Assembly (NCBI GenBank): GCA_963723515.1
Contig: CAVRQT010000003.1
Coordinates: 288,001 to 352,000 of the forward strand
Length of the DNA stretch: 64,000 nt
Direction: 5' to 3'
Source of the DNA: Vulcanimicrobiota bacterium
Lineage (GTDB): Bacteria > Vulcanimicrobiota > Vulcanimicrobiia > Vulcanimicrobiales > Vulcanimicrobiaceae
The notes beneath the pieces are model-generated. The model was not told the DNA's origin. It did no database searches and worked only from the letters and a program-made list of their open reading frames with translations. This document shows positions 10,898 to 20,983 of the stretch, one piece after another (position 1 is the first letter of the stretch; the number at the start of each line of letters is the position of its first letter). Both the position numbers and the translations under genes were made by a program.

Positions 10898-12542
10898 CTA
10901 CCACGTTTTCATGCCCGGCGCCAAGAAGCCGGGATGTTGGAAAATATCGTAGAGCGGTCCGATATACGCGAGAATCGCCAGCCCGATGGCGACTGCTCCC
11001 CAGCGGAAGAGATGCTGAAGTAGAGCGGGTGTTGGCCGCGAGCCTTCCACCGGTTGCGCGAATTGCACGCTCATGTCTTCGAACTTTTCATTTCCCAGCG
11101 CTGTCCCGATTGCGATGACCGCGAACAGAATGATGCTGCAGAATAAGAAGAATCCGCCCGCCGCTGCGATCACCATCAACGGTTGCCACTGGTTCGCCGT
11201 CTGCGCGCCTAAGTAGCTGACCTCAGCGGTGCGTCGCGGTGCGCCCATCAATCCGGCCCAATGCATCGAAATCGACATAAAAAGCATCCCGTAAAACCAG
11301 ATTTTGGTCTGCACAACGGCCAAGTCGGGGCGCCACAGCGAGCGGCCGGTCAGCTTTGGAACCAGCCAATACGCCGCACCTAAGAATGTCAATGCAACCG
11401 GGCCGCCGACCGTAACGTGGAAGTGCCCGACGATCCAAACCGTGTTGTGCACGACGGTGTCCATGCTGTACGACGCATTGATGAGGCCGCCGAAGCCGCC
11501 CAGAATAAAGAGCATCATCCCATACGCAGCACCGCTGAACGCCGGATCCTTCCACGGCAAGCGATTTGACGGTTTCGACGAAGCCGCGGTTTCCACGCGC
11601 ACGCGCCGCTAGTTCAAAGGATGCGAAGACTGCGAATGCTGTGATGAAGGAGGGAATCGCAACGCCGTAGGTCGTCAGGGTGTGCAGCATCTTCCACTTC
11701 GTCGCAATATACGGCTCCATAAACTGGTGGTGGATGCCGACCGGCGTTGAGAGCAGCAGCAGCAGAATGAATGCGAGGCGCGTTAAGGCCGTCACTGAAC
11801 ACATATCCACCGTACCGCGTCGGAATGACGTTATACCAGATGATGTACGCGCCCATGATCCAGAAGTAGACCAGTGGGTGGCCAAAATACCAGAAGAGCA
11901 TGCGCGTCAGCATCACGTTGACGCCGCTCGTCCACCCGAATGCCCACGGAATCAGCAGTACATTTCGCCGACGACACCGAGCGTCGCGATGAACCACATC
12001 AAAAACGTCGTAGCACAGCCAAAGACGATCAGCGGCACGGGCGTGCCGGGATTGTTGCGCCTGAACCAGATGACGTTTGAAAGTATCTCGGCTCCGACAA
12101 TCCACGTGCCGAGAATCAGGATCGTCGCGCCGATGTAAAACCATGGGCTGGCTTTCAGCGGCGCGTAGAAGGTGTAGAGTACCGTCGCTTTTCCGGCTAA
12201 AATATTGACGGCGGCCATCGCGGTGCCCACGAGCATGACGCTCCAGCCGAGCCATCCCAAGAGCATCGAACGCTCTCTTGGGATCGAGCGATAGACCGCG
12301 AACAGCCCGAGGCCAGTGATGAAGAACGTCGTGAAGACGAGCGCCATCAAGACGCCATGCATCGTTAGAATGCGATAGTAATCGAACCACGGCGGCACCG
12401 CGATTACCGAAGCGCGCGAAAAGCCTTGAACCGCGCCAAAGACGGCGCCCAAGACGATGGCGGTGGTCGAAGTGTAAATGTGCGCCAGAACGACCCTGTT
12501 CTCGCGCAACACCTGCGGCTGTACTCTCGCAGAAGCGATCAT
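10898..12542 (-). CDS. cbaA: ba3-type (B-family) cytochrome c oxidase subunit I; several apparent frameshifts
   Basis: YYRILTMHG, LYTFYAPL, FWYFGHPLVY, GIHHQF, HNT.WIVGHFH, GAPRR across successive frames. Confidence 0.9.
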
Positions 12543-13006
12543 TGAACTTCTATGCTCGCGGACATGTTTTGGTGGCCGATGCCGCAGTACTCGTGACAGA
12601 GCAGCAGGTACGTGCCGCGCAACCGAAAGACGTGCGTCTGTGAATTGATCCACCCCGGCACCGCCATCATGTTGATGTCGGTGTGCGCCACCAGGAAACC
12701 GTGCACGACGTCGGGACTCGTAACATAGAACGTCACCTTGCTGCCCACCGGAACTTTCAGCACCGGTGGATTGAACGAGAAGACTTGTGCGACGTAGTAC
12801 GCCTCGTAGCTTCCGTCCGATAGTTTGCGTAGCCCCGGCTTATCGAATGGCGGCGTCTGCACGACCTTCGTCGGGTCGATGGCCTGCAAGCCGCTCGGGG
12901 GATTGATATTATCTTCAAATGCGGCGTACCCGATGATGGCGAGGAACAGCACGAGCATCGCGACGCCGAACGTCATCCACCACTTTTCGTAACGGTGGAT
13001 ATGCAT
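12539..13006 (-). CDS. cbaB: ba3-type cytochrome c oxidase subunit II (CuA)
   Basis: MHIHRYEKWW, single TM helix, SPDVVHGF, CHEYCGIGHQNM. Confidence 0.92.
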   Translation of the reverse strand: MHIHRYEKWWMTFGVAMLVLFLAIIGYAAFEDNINPPSGLQAIDPTKVVQTPPFDKPGLRKLSDGSYEAYYVAQVFSFNPPVLKVPVGSKVTFYVTSPDVVHGFLVAHTDINMMAVPGWINSQTHVFRLRGTYLLLCHEYCGIGHQNMSASIEVQ

Positions 13007-13137
13007 CACCAGCGCCCTTTGAGTAGCATGAACATCAACAGCCATCCGATCAAGAACGCGATGCCCATGATCATGACGAACTTCAACGTTACGGGAAGCG
13101 GAGTGTCGCCGCCCGTTTTGAGATCTTCCTGCTCCAA
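13006..13137 (-). CDS. Probable ba3 oxidase small subunit IIa, 43 aa (absent from the ORF track)
   Basis: Manual translation from TTG: MEQEDLKTGGDTPLPVTLKFVMIMGIAFLIGWLLMFMLLKGRW; single TM; stop overlaps cbaB start (TGATG). Confidence 0.75.
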   Translation of the reverse strand: MEQEDLKTGGDTPLPVTLKFVMIMGIAFLIGWLLMFMLLKGRW

Positions 13138-13148
13138 TCGCGGCGTCT

Positions 13149-13643
13149 CTACGGTCCAAAACGTTGCGCTTGTGCGATGTCCGCTTCGCGGCGCCTGATG
13201 TTGCTCTCCGCGGTCGTTGTCACTCTATCGAGGAAGGCACGCAACGAGCGTTCTGCCACGCTTCGCAGGACCGTCGTGTTGACGACCCGTCCCACCGTGC
13301 CCATTGGCGGCTTGTATTCTCCTCGCAGTCGTACGCAAGAATATGGAGAACCCGCCGGCTCAACGCTAAGCGAGCCGTGGAACGTCGGAAATAGCGTATC
13401 GTGCTGTTTTGCACGAAAGGTGAAATGCATCCCATCACTCCCGTGCTGTTGCATTCGCCGCAACTCGATCGGAACCGAAATGGCACCGGCGCTCGGGAGA
13501 TGAAGATCGCTGAAGTCAGCGTTGATCGCGAAGTCTTCGAAAGGCGACTGCTCTTTTTCAATCGCCGTCAACAGACGTATCAGCTCGGCTTGAAGCAACG
13601 AGGCCGGAATTGGAACGCCTACATTGAGGTCAATCTGCGGCAT
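13149..13643 (-). CDS. Hypothetical protein, SRPBCC-like paralog 1
   Basis: FPTFHGSL..LRGEYKPPMGTVG motif shared with three neighbours. Confidence 0.7.
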   Translation of the reverse strand: MPQIDLNVGVPIPASLLQAELIRLLTAIEKEQSPFEDFAINADFSDLHLPSAGAISVPIELRRMQQHGSDGMHFTFRAKQHDTLFPTFHGSLSVEPAGSPYSCVRLRGEYKPPMGTVGRVVNTTVLRSVAERSLRAFLDRVTTTAESNIRRREADIAQAQRFGP

Positions 13644-14123
13644 GATGTTGTTTGCGCGGCTTCCTGTTTTTCATACCGTGACTGAACTTCGCGTCCCAGG
13701 ACGTTGAGCAACTCGCGTGCGGTCGCGGACGCAATGCGATTACCGACCATCGCATCAAAGGCCTGTCCCGGCGACGCCGCCCGGTGGCTTGTAATCGCCG
13801 CGCAATTCCAATGCGCAACTATCGTAATCTTCGTCCGCGCGTACCGTGAGCTCCCCGTCGAAATCCGGATAAGGACCGCCGCCTTTTGGCGTCCAGTGGA
13901 CTTTCCAGGGCTCATCCATGTGCATCGGATCCGAACCCGCAGAGTACGTCGCAAGAACTTCGCGCCGGATTTCGCCGCCTAAGGCGCCCTCGCCGAGCGG
14001 CAAGGAGAGCGTCAGCGTCGTTGGCTTGTGCGACTGCGCCAAGGGCGCGAGCGCATCGTGCAGGTAGATCCGCGCCAAATGATAGGGCGTCTTCACGACA
14101 AGACGCTGATAGAGGTGCGTCAT
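13619..14123 (-). CDS. Hypothetical protein, SRPBCC-like paralog 2; apparent frameshift near 13770
   Basis: YPDFDGELTV..LELRGDYKPPGG continuing as GQAFDAMVGNRIASATARELL in another frame. Confidence 0.7.
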
Positions 14124-14232
14124 GGCTTCACGTACTCTACCTGCGCCGCGCGAAATCTTCGGGAAAAAATACGGACAACGCGTTCCCAAGCCCTTCACAT
14201 TCGCTTCCTAGATCCGCCGTAGCATGCGAAAA

Positions 14233-14612
14233 GATGGCCGAACATTTTGATCGTCGAGCGTGAGCGGCGGCTCGCTGAAACCTTGAGCGGGCATCTGCGC
14301 CGGCATGGCTTCGGCACGACGGTGTGCGAAATCCACTGGAGGCGCTGCCTTTCTAATTCGGCGAACCGCGGATCGTGATGATCGTGGAGAATTGCTGGTC
14401 CGCCGAGCAGAGGCACGACGTCTTTTCGAACCGCAGCATGCCCATCACATTCCAACGATCGTAATCGGATCGCGGGATGAAGAGTCGGCCAGCATCAAGC
14501 GCTCGAGCGCGGCGCAGACGATTTTCTCGTGAAGCCGTTCTCGCTGGCGGAAATAACCGTTCGAATTAGAGCGCTGTACCGACGTTCGCGCGCCGTTAGC
14601 GATCGCCGCTAA
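14233..14612 (+). pseudogene. Degenerate single receiver-domain response regulator (several indels, real or artefactual)
   Basis: Fragments ILIVERERRLAETL, IPTIVIGSRDEE, ALERGADDFLVKPFSLAEITVRIRAL in shifting frames. Confidence 0.6.
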
Positions 14613-14666
14613 AAACCTAGGGAGGGCGCAAAAGAGCCTGCGTCGGAACCCCTCGATGGTGCTGCG

Positions 14667-15356
14667 ATGAGCTCGGGGAAACGAATCTTAATCGTCGACG
14701 ACGAGCCGCAAATCGTCGAAGTGTTGCACGCGTACTTGCAACGTGAAGGTTTCGAGACCGTCCTCAAAGACAGCGCGGCGGCCGCTCGTGCCACGATTGC
14801 CGATCAGCCGCCCGATTTGATGATTCTCGACATCAATCTTCCCGATGGCAGCGGTTTCGATCTGTTGCGTGAGTACGGCGCCGAGCGCGGGATCCCAACG
14901 TTGATGCTGACGGCTCGAACGGAGGAAGTCGACCGTATCGTCGGCTTGGAAATGGGCGCCGACGATTACATCGTCAAGCCGTTCTCACCGCGTGAAGTCG
15001 TTGCGCGGGTTCGCGCCGTCTTCCGTCGCTTGAGCAATGGTGGATCGCGTGCCGCACGCAAGGTGATCGCAATTCGCGAGCTCGAGTTGGACGTGAACGG
15101 CCACACGGTGCGAATGCAAGGGCGTGACATTAACCTTACACGATCAGAATTTGACATCTTGCGCGTGTTGGCTGAATCACCCGAGCAAGTATTTTCGCGT
15201 ACCCAACTGCTGGATTTGATCAATGATGAGGGAGGCATCTTCGAACGAACGCTCGATCGCCACATCAACAATCTGCGCAAGAAACTCGAGCCTGATCCGC
15301 AAGACCCATCCTATGTCGTCACCGTTTACGGAGTGGGATACAAACTGAAACGATGA
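14667..15356 (+). CDS. OmpR-family response regulator
   Basis: ILIVDDE, ILDINLP, GADDYIVKPF, winged-helix TVYGVGY. Confidence 0.95.
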   Translation: MSSGKRILIVDDEPQIVEVLHAYLQREGFETVLKDSAAAARATIADQPPDLMILDINLPDGSGFDLLREYGAERGIPTLMLTARTEEVDRIVGLEMGADDYIVKPFSPREVVARVRAVFRRLSNGGSRAARKVIAIRELELDVNGHTVRMQGRDINLTRSEFDILRVLAESPEQVFSRTQLLDLINDEGGIFERTLDRHINNLRKKLEPDPQDPSYVVTVYGVGYKLKR

Positions 15357-16216
15357 AACAGCTCGAGCAAACAAATGAGCAGCGGATCCTCCATGCAGTG
15401 GACTTGGCTTTGGTGCAGGAGTACGATCGCGCAAAGGCCCTCCTCGAGCAAATCGAGGATCCGCTCGGAAATCGGCTGTTCATGCTGATTGCCGCGCTCG
15501 AACAGCGCTTGCACACTCGACGTGAACATCAATCTGAACTGCGCCATGAGATCGGCAACGCGCTTGGAGTCGTGCAAGCAAACGTCGAGGGAATGCTGGA
15601 CGGCGTGCTCGACCCGACGCCTGCACGCTTACGCGGTGTTCACGACGCGTTGCGAAGTGCGGTCCGGCTCTTAGATGAGTCGAAGCTGGAACGCCCTGCC
15701 AGCCGGGCGACGGTGGACGTGCATCTTGATACTTTCAACGTCTGCGCGCTGATCACGGCGCAGATGTCGATGATTTCCGGCATGGCGACGGCCAAGAACG
15801 TAACGGTTATCTACGATAAGTGCGCAATGCATTACGCGGCGTGCGAATCTTTCCGTGGCGACGGCGATCGAATCGGGCAGATACTGCGCAACGTTCTGAT
15901 CAACGCCGTGAGATACACGCCGCCCGGAGGAGCCGTCGAAATCGACTGTGGGCGTCCCGGCGGCGAGCTGACCCTGCGCATCAGCGACACCGGTCCCGGA
16001 ATTCCCAGGGAAGACTTGCCCCATGTCTTCGAGCGGGGCTTTCGCGGTAAGAATGTCGAGGAAGAAGGCAGCGGAACCGGTCTAGCAGTCGCGGCTGAAG
16101 TCGCTGCGGCGATCGGCGGCGACATTCGGGTCGAGAGTGAGCACGATCACGGCGCGACGTTCACCATTCAGCTGCCGGCTGCGCCGCTAAGCGACAAGGC
16201 GAGTTCGACCAGCTAA
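15353..16216 (+). CDS. Cytoplasmic sensor histidine kinase
   Basis: LRHEIGNAL H-box, NAVRYT, DTGPGI, GSGTGL; no TM helix. Confidence 0.88.
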   Translation: MKQLEQTNEQRILHAVDLALVQEYDRAKALLEQIEDPLGNRLFMLIAALEQRLHTRREHQSELRHEIGNALGVVQANVEGMLDGVLDPTPARLRGVHDALRSAVRLLDESKLERPASRATVDVHLDTFNVCALITAQMSMISGMATAKNVTVIYDKCAMHYAACESFRGDGDRIGQILRNVLINAVRYTPPGGAVEIDCGRPGGELTLRISDTGPGIPREDLPHVFERGFRGKNVEEEGSGTGLAVAAEVAAAIGGDIRVESEHDHGATFTIQLPAAPLSDKASSTS

Positions 16217-16707
16217 TCTTTCGGCGAATCGGCAAGCGTCGTTTTTCGTGCGACGCCATAGGTCTCTTCAATAAATGTCTTCATATCTTGGAGAAGAGAG
16301 TTGGCAGTCGCGGCAGCGATACGTTGCCCCAAAACCGCATCAAACGCTGCGCCTAGCGCGCCAAATGGCGGCGTATATTCGCCTTCCAAAATTAACATGC
16401 TGTGGGCGCCTTCAGTGCGCTCGGCATGCAAGACGCCGGCGAACCTCGGAATGATCTTGTCCTTGGGATCCCATGCGAGCGAAATGGCATCTGCTTCATT
16501 GCCGTTCGCCTTTTTCAGTTCATATGCGATAGCGACTTGATGGCTTGCCTGGACCCGACCCGGGATGTTTAACGCGGCCGAGTCAACCGTCAAAGTAAAG
16601 ACGCCTTGCTCTTGGCCCCTTCGGTGCACGCTGAAGTAGCGCTCCGCATAGTACATGATCTCGTGGAGCGGGCAGTCAACCGAGATGGACTGCTTGATCT
16701 TCGTCAT
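16213..16707 (-). CDS. Hypothetical protein, SRPBCC-like paralog 3
   Basis: PRFAGVL..LEGEYTPPFGALGAAFDAVLGQRIAAATANSLL. Confidence 0.75.
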   Translation of the reverse strand: MTKIKQSISVDCPLHEIMYYAERYFSVHRRGQEQGVFTLTVDSAALNIPGRVQASHQVAIAYELKKANGNEADAISLAWDPKDKIIPRFAGVLHAERTEGAHSMLILEGEYTPPFGALGAAFDAVLGQRIAAATANSLLQDMKTFIEETYGVARKTTLADSPKD

Positions 16708-16804
16708 CGCGCCTCCAAATTTTAAGCAGCATCCTCGCCTTAAAATAGCGCAATCCCTTGGCGATTCGGGGAAGAGGTGAGGAAGGTTTGGGGTATCGCT
16801 TACG

Positions 16805-17176
16805 TTACAACGATTCCACGTAAGCCGCGACGTCGCGCACGTCTTTGTCGCTAAGAGGACTCGGATAGAGCTTTGGCATCGGCGGTTGCGGATGCTTAAT
16901 CCAAGCGATCGCTTGAACTAGATTTTTTCGCGACTTCTCATTTTTCAAAGCCGGCCCAACGCCGCCGTTGGCCGTCGCGCCGTGACATGATGCGCAGTTC
17001 TGCATGAAGATGGTCTTTCCGTGCGACGCATCGCCACCGGCAGCGACGCTGCGCGCCATTGAACCCGTAGTTGTCGGTGACGTTGTGTTTGATGTCGTTG
17101 ATTTATTGCCCGAACAAGCGACGAAGAGTGTCAAGAACAGCGTTCCACAGAAAAAAGCGTACAAAGCCCTCGCCAT
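16805..17176 (-). CDS. Monoheme cytochrome c lipoprotein
   Basis: Lipobox-like FVAC, Thr-rich linker, CASCH, distal Met in PPMP. Confidence 0.9.
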   Translation of the reverse strand: MARALYAFFCGTLFLTLFVACSGNKSTTSNTTSPTTTGSMARSVAAGGDASHGKTIFMQNCASCHGATANGGVGPALKNEKSRKNLVQAIAWIKHPQPPMPKLYPSPLSDKDVRDVAAYVESL

Positions 17177-17424
17177 CGGTAAGGCCCTCCGTTTCCCAGC
17201 GATTTCGGTATCTTGTTGATACCCACCGTGCCACGGTGAATAACCGGTACCTGTAGCTAAGTACCGCAGCGCGCTTGCGCGGGCAAACGATTTTCCAGGC
17301 TTTTTGACTTTTGTCGTAAGCGCTGTTATCGGCGGCCTGCTGTTCGCTGCATCTTCACAAGTTCTGCCTCGGATATGCGCCTGCGAACGCTACGATGACG
17401 GCAGCTAATCACCGGAGATACTAC

Positions 17425-17787
17425 ATGCAAGCATTTCTTAGGACATTTCTCGTGGCCGCTCTCGTCGCGGCGGCGTTAGGCGCACCAATTCAGAGAGCGA
17501 TCGCGCATCCCAGCATCGACATTGCAGCATCGAATTGGAAATTCACGCCTGACATCATCAAGCTTCATGTCGGGGAGACAACCACTCTCCGGCTGACATC
17601 CACGGAGGGCGTTCACGGCATTAAATCGGATGAACTCGGCATTCCGTTAACGACGATCAGCCCCGGCAAATTCGTCACGGTTTCCGTGACGCCGAAGAAA
17701 GAGGGCACCTACATCCTTCATTGCGCGATCATTTGCGGTCCTGGTCACGATAAGATGGCGCTGACGGTCAAAGTCGAGAAAGACTGA
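17425..17787 (+). CDS. Exported cupredoxin with CuA-like ligand set
   Basis: GGAG RBS, signal peptide, GVHG...CAIICGPGHDKM. Confidence 0.85.
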   Translation: MQAFLRTFLVAALVAAALGAPIQRAIAHPSIDIAASNWKFTPDIIKLHVGETTTLRLTSTEGVHGIKSDELGIPLTTISPGKFVTVSVTPKKEGTYILHCAIICGPGHDKMALTVKVEKD

Positions 17788-18899
17788 TGCGCGCGAAGCG
17801 TTTCGTCGTAAGTGTCGGAGCCTTCGTCCTAGCGGCGTCCGCTCCGGCGCTTGCGATGCCGCCCTTCGCGGAAGCGTATGGAATGAAGTGCAGCGTCTGC
17901 CACACACAAGTACCCGGACTCAACGCCTACGGAAGATACGTTCAGCGAACCGGCTATGCATCATTGGACTACCATACACTGCACCGTTCGACGCCGTTTT
18001 GGATCGGCGAAAGCGCCAACTACGATTCGCAAAATCCAGACGCCCCGCACCATTGGCAGTTTGGAAATCTCGCAATACATGCGGCGGGCGCTTTTGACCA
18101 AGACTTTACCTTCCATGCGCAACAATGGATCACCCAGAACAATCAATCCGGCGGCGTCGACACGCTGTGGCTGACGTACAACAATATCTTCCATCGCGAC
18201 GGTCATCTCTTTGTTGGAAAGATGCCGGCGCCGGGGCCGTCAGGATATAGCCAATGGTTCGATCTTGCCTCGTTTGCGACGCCTGAAATAACGGTCGGCG
18301 AACATGTCTACCAATTGGATGCGAATCGCTGGGGCACCAAGCTGAACTACGTGCACGGCTCACTCGATTTCGAAGCGGGATATTTTAGTTCAGGAGCAGA
18401 TCTGAGCGGTTTCGGGGACTTCAGCTGGGTCAATGACAAGACGCTGTTGTGGAAGCTTGCTCACGCGAACCCCGAACAGCCGCTGGAGTTCGGATTACTT
18501 GGTTCCCGTGGATCGTGGCCGCTCGCCGAAGGCGGTTTCGATCAATACTGGACGCTCGGCGGCTATGTTCAGCGCGATCCTGTCGATCGATGGCCGGGAG
18601 CGCTTTTCATCTACCAGAGCGGGTACGACCAAATGCCGATGCCCGGTGTAGGTGCGGCCGGTAGCAACGCCGCGACGTTTGAGCTCTACGAGCCGATCGG
18701 CGAACGGGCGCTCATTTCGGTGCGCAAAGAATTCACGAACGACGGTTTAGGGACGCAAACGCAAACGGGCAATATTGATCTCAGCTATCACATAGCGCCG
18801 TTTCTGCACTTCTATGCGGAGGCAGCCCTGGCGCGGAACTCAACGCCGGCTTGGCGCTACATGTTGTGGTGGACGATGCCGCTGCAGAAGGTAAAATAG
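17787..18899 (+). CDS. Cyc2-like cytochrome c-porin fusion (putative outer-membrane protein)
   Basis: Signal peptide then AMPPFAEAYGMKCSVCHTQVPGLNAYGR..GY, followed by an aromatic, beta-strand-like domain. Confidence 0.7.
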   Translation: MRAKRFVVSVGAFVLAASAPALAMPPFAEAYGMKCSVCHTQVPGLNAYGRYVQRTGYASLDYHTLHRSTPFWIGESANYDSQNPDAPHHWQFGNLAIHAAGAFDQDFTFHAQQWITQNNQSGGVDTLWLTYNNIFHRDGHLFVGKMPAPGPSGYSQWFDLASFATPEITVGEHVYQLDANRWGTKLNYVHGSLDFEAGYFSSGADLSGFGDFSWVNDKTLLWKLAHANPEQPLEFGLLGSRGSWPLAEGGFDQYWTLGGYVQRDPVDRWPGALFIYQSGYDQMPMPGVGAAGSNAATFELYEPIGERALISVRKEFTNDGLGTQTQTGNIDLSYHIAPFLHFYAEAALARNSTPAWRYMLWWTMPLQKVK

Positions 18900-18907
18900 A
18901 TATTGAA

Positions 18908-19326
18908 ATGACCCAGATCGTCCGAACGATCGAAGTGAACGCGCCGCGGGATCGTGCGCTCGATGCCGCGGCCGCGTTTTTTAGGGAACGCGCTCCTAAT
19001 TTCAAAGTACAGGCGCTCGGCGCGGCACCGCGCCCGTTGAATTGCGCTATAGCTTGCTGGATGATTGGACGAAGCTCGTGCATCATCACTCGGCTCTTGC
19101 CTTTGCGTGGCGCCCGCGCTTTCAAGGCTTTCCGAATTTTGGAGCAATGCTGACAGTGCGTCCGAAGGACGGCGCATCGTTGGTCTCGCTTGAAGGTTCG
19201 TACAATCCACCTGCGGGTTTCGTCGGGCAACTTTTCGACCGTTTTATCGGCGAGCGATTGGCAAATCGGACGATGGACGCGTTGCTGCAACAGATTAAAG
19301 ATTACATCGAGCACCGAGCGACATGA
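18908..19326 (+). CDS. Hypothetical protein, SRPBCC-like paralog 4; apparent frameshift near 19045
   Basis: MTQIVRTIEVNAP, then FPNFGAMLTV..LEGSYNPPAGFVGQLFDRFIGERLA. Confidence 0.7.
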
Positions 19327-19787
19327 TCGAAATACTCAACGACGACGAGATCGATAAAATGCTCGGCGCGCATTCCGTTGGTCGCCTCGGCTGCCACGCT
19401 GACGGGCGTACGTACGTCGTGCCGATCGCCTATGCTTATGATGACGGCGCAATCTACGGCCACAGCACCGAGGGCCTGAAGCTGCGCATGATGCGCCACA
19501 ATCCGCAAGTGTGCTTTGAGGTTGACGAAGTTGAGAATGTTCTTGATTGGCGCAGCGTCGTCGCATGGGGAACGTTCGAAGAATTGCATGGAACTGATGC
19601 GGAGCAGGCCATGCGGAAGCTGCTCATACATTTCCTGCCTGCAAAAGCGCAGGCGACGACGCGGTACCTTGAAAAATCGCGTCCTGGAGTGATGGAAGCG
19701 GGAGCGGTGATTTACCGCGTTCGGTTATACGAAAAAACGGGCCGTTGCGAGCGGTCCGCCGGACGCCTCTTTCGCATCCAAGAGTAG
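19323..19787 (+). CDS. Pyridoxamine 5'-phosphate oxidase-like (NimA-type) flavin-binding protein
   Basis: VGRLGC..YVVPIAY, EGLKLRMMRHNPQVCFEVD, WRSVV. Confidence 0.88.
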   Translation: MIEILNDDEIDKMLGAHSVGRLGCHADGRTYVVPIAYAYDDGAIYGHSTEGLKLRMMRHNPQVCFEVDEVENVLDWRSVVAWGTFEELHGTDAEQAMRKLLIHFLPAKAQATTRYLEKSRPGVMEAGAVIYRVRLYEKTGRCERSAGRLFRIQE

Positions 19788-19795
19788 CGGTTTTC

Positions 19796-20026
19796 TTAGA
19801 ACTGCTCGACGGCCGAAATTTCCGGGACCTCGGCCGTCACCGTTTGTTCGATCGCCATCTTCAGCGTTGCATTCGCCATCGCGCAACCGCCGCACGCGCC
19901 GAGCATTTGCACGAATGCGACGTCGTTTTCAACCTTGATCAGCCACACCTCGCCGCCATCCATCTGGATGCCCGGCCGAACTTTATCGAGCGCCGCGTTG
20001 ACGCGCTCTTCAACTGTCGCCGTTAT
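19796..20026 (-). CDS. NifU C-terminal/Nfu-like Fe-S carrier; start codon uncertain
   Basis: VRPGIQMDGGEV, GACGGC, TLKMAIE. Confidence 0.85.
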   Translation of the reverse strand: MTATVEERVNAALDKVRPGIQMDGGEVWLIKVENDVAFVQMLGACGGCAMANATLKMAIEQTVTAEVPEISAVEQF

Positions 20027-20934
20027 TGACCGTGCCTTTGCATGAGCTCGTGAATGCGCGATGCGATCGTTAAAGCATCGTCCCATTTACGCTGCCACAT
20101 ATTGCGCCCGAAAATCAATCCGACGCAGCCGGCTTCCATCGCAATCTGCGCCTTGTGCATCGTATCTTCGTCACCCATTTTGCTGCCGCCCGAAACCAGA
20201 ACGAGCGATCGGCCTGCCGATTTGACGACTTTTGCAAGGCCTTCTTCGTCGGAGAGATGCAGCGTGTTGTACGGTTTCGGAAGTTTGTCCGCGGTTGCGT
20301 CATCCCATTTTGGGACGTTTAGCTTGATAACGTCGGCGCCCATTTCGCAGGCAACCCGGGCCGCATAATCGACGGCGTAGAGCGAATCGATGCCGCCTGT
20401 GGCTTTGACTGCTTCGCCCCGTGGATAGGCCCAAATGACGAACGGCATGCCGTTTTTCTCGCATTCGCGCCGCACTTCGTTGCATTGTGCGATGTCAACG
20501 TCTTGAGCGGGACTGCCGACGTACAGTGTGTAGCCGACGGCTTCGGCGCCAATGCGAACCGCGTCTTCGACGGACGACGTCAGTGAACTAAACGCCTCGT
20601 CGTCATTTGGAATGTTCGTCTTTCCGTTCACCTTCAAGATCAAGGGGACTGTGCCGGCGTACTTTGTCAGATACTTTTCGGCAAGTCCGATGTGCATGGC
20701 GACGCCCGAGAAATTGCCCTCAACGGCGAGCTTGAAAATCCAATCCGTGTCGATCGAATCGGGATTGGAGAAGAAATCGACCGGACCGTGCTCGAGGCCC
20801 TGATCGATCGGCAAGAGCATCAGCGTGCCGTTCGCGGGCCCGTGCTCGTACATCAAGCGGTGCAAACGCACGCGCTTCCCCATTGAAAGGTTGAGATCGT
20901 CGAATGTCGGGCGGCGAACCGGCGTTAAAAGCAT
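20023..20934 (-). CDS. Class I (DhnA/FbaB-type) fructose-bisphosphate aldolase
   Basis: LPIDQGLEHGP, WAYPRG, GADVIK, GLIFGRN. Confidence 0.9.
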   Translation of the reverse strand: MLLTPVRRPTFDDLNLSMGKRVRLHRLMYEHGPANGTLMLLPIDQGLEHGPVDFFSNPDSIDTDWIFKLAVEGNFSGVAMHIGLAEKYLTKYAGTVPLILKVNGKTNIPNDDEAFSSLTSSVEDAVRIGAEAVGYTLYVGSPAQDVDIAQCNEVRRECEKNGMPFVIWAYPRGEAVKATGGIDSLYAVDYAARVACEMGADVIKLNVPKWDDATADKLPKPYNTLHLSDEEGLAKVVKSAGRSLVLVSGGSKMGDEDTMHKAQIAMEAGCVGLIFGRNMWQRKWDDALTIASRIHELMQRHGQ

Positions 20935-20983
20935 CGTTGTCAGAACTCCTATTCTCTATTACCCATCCTGATTTGTGAGGGTG

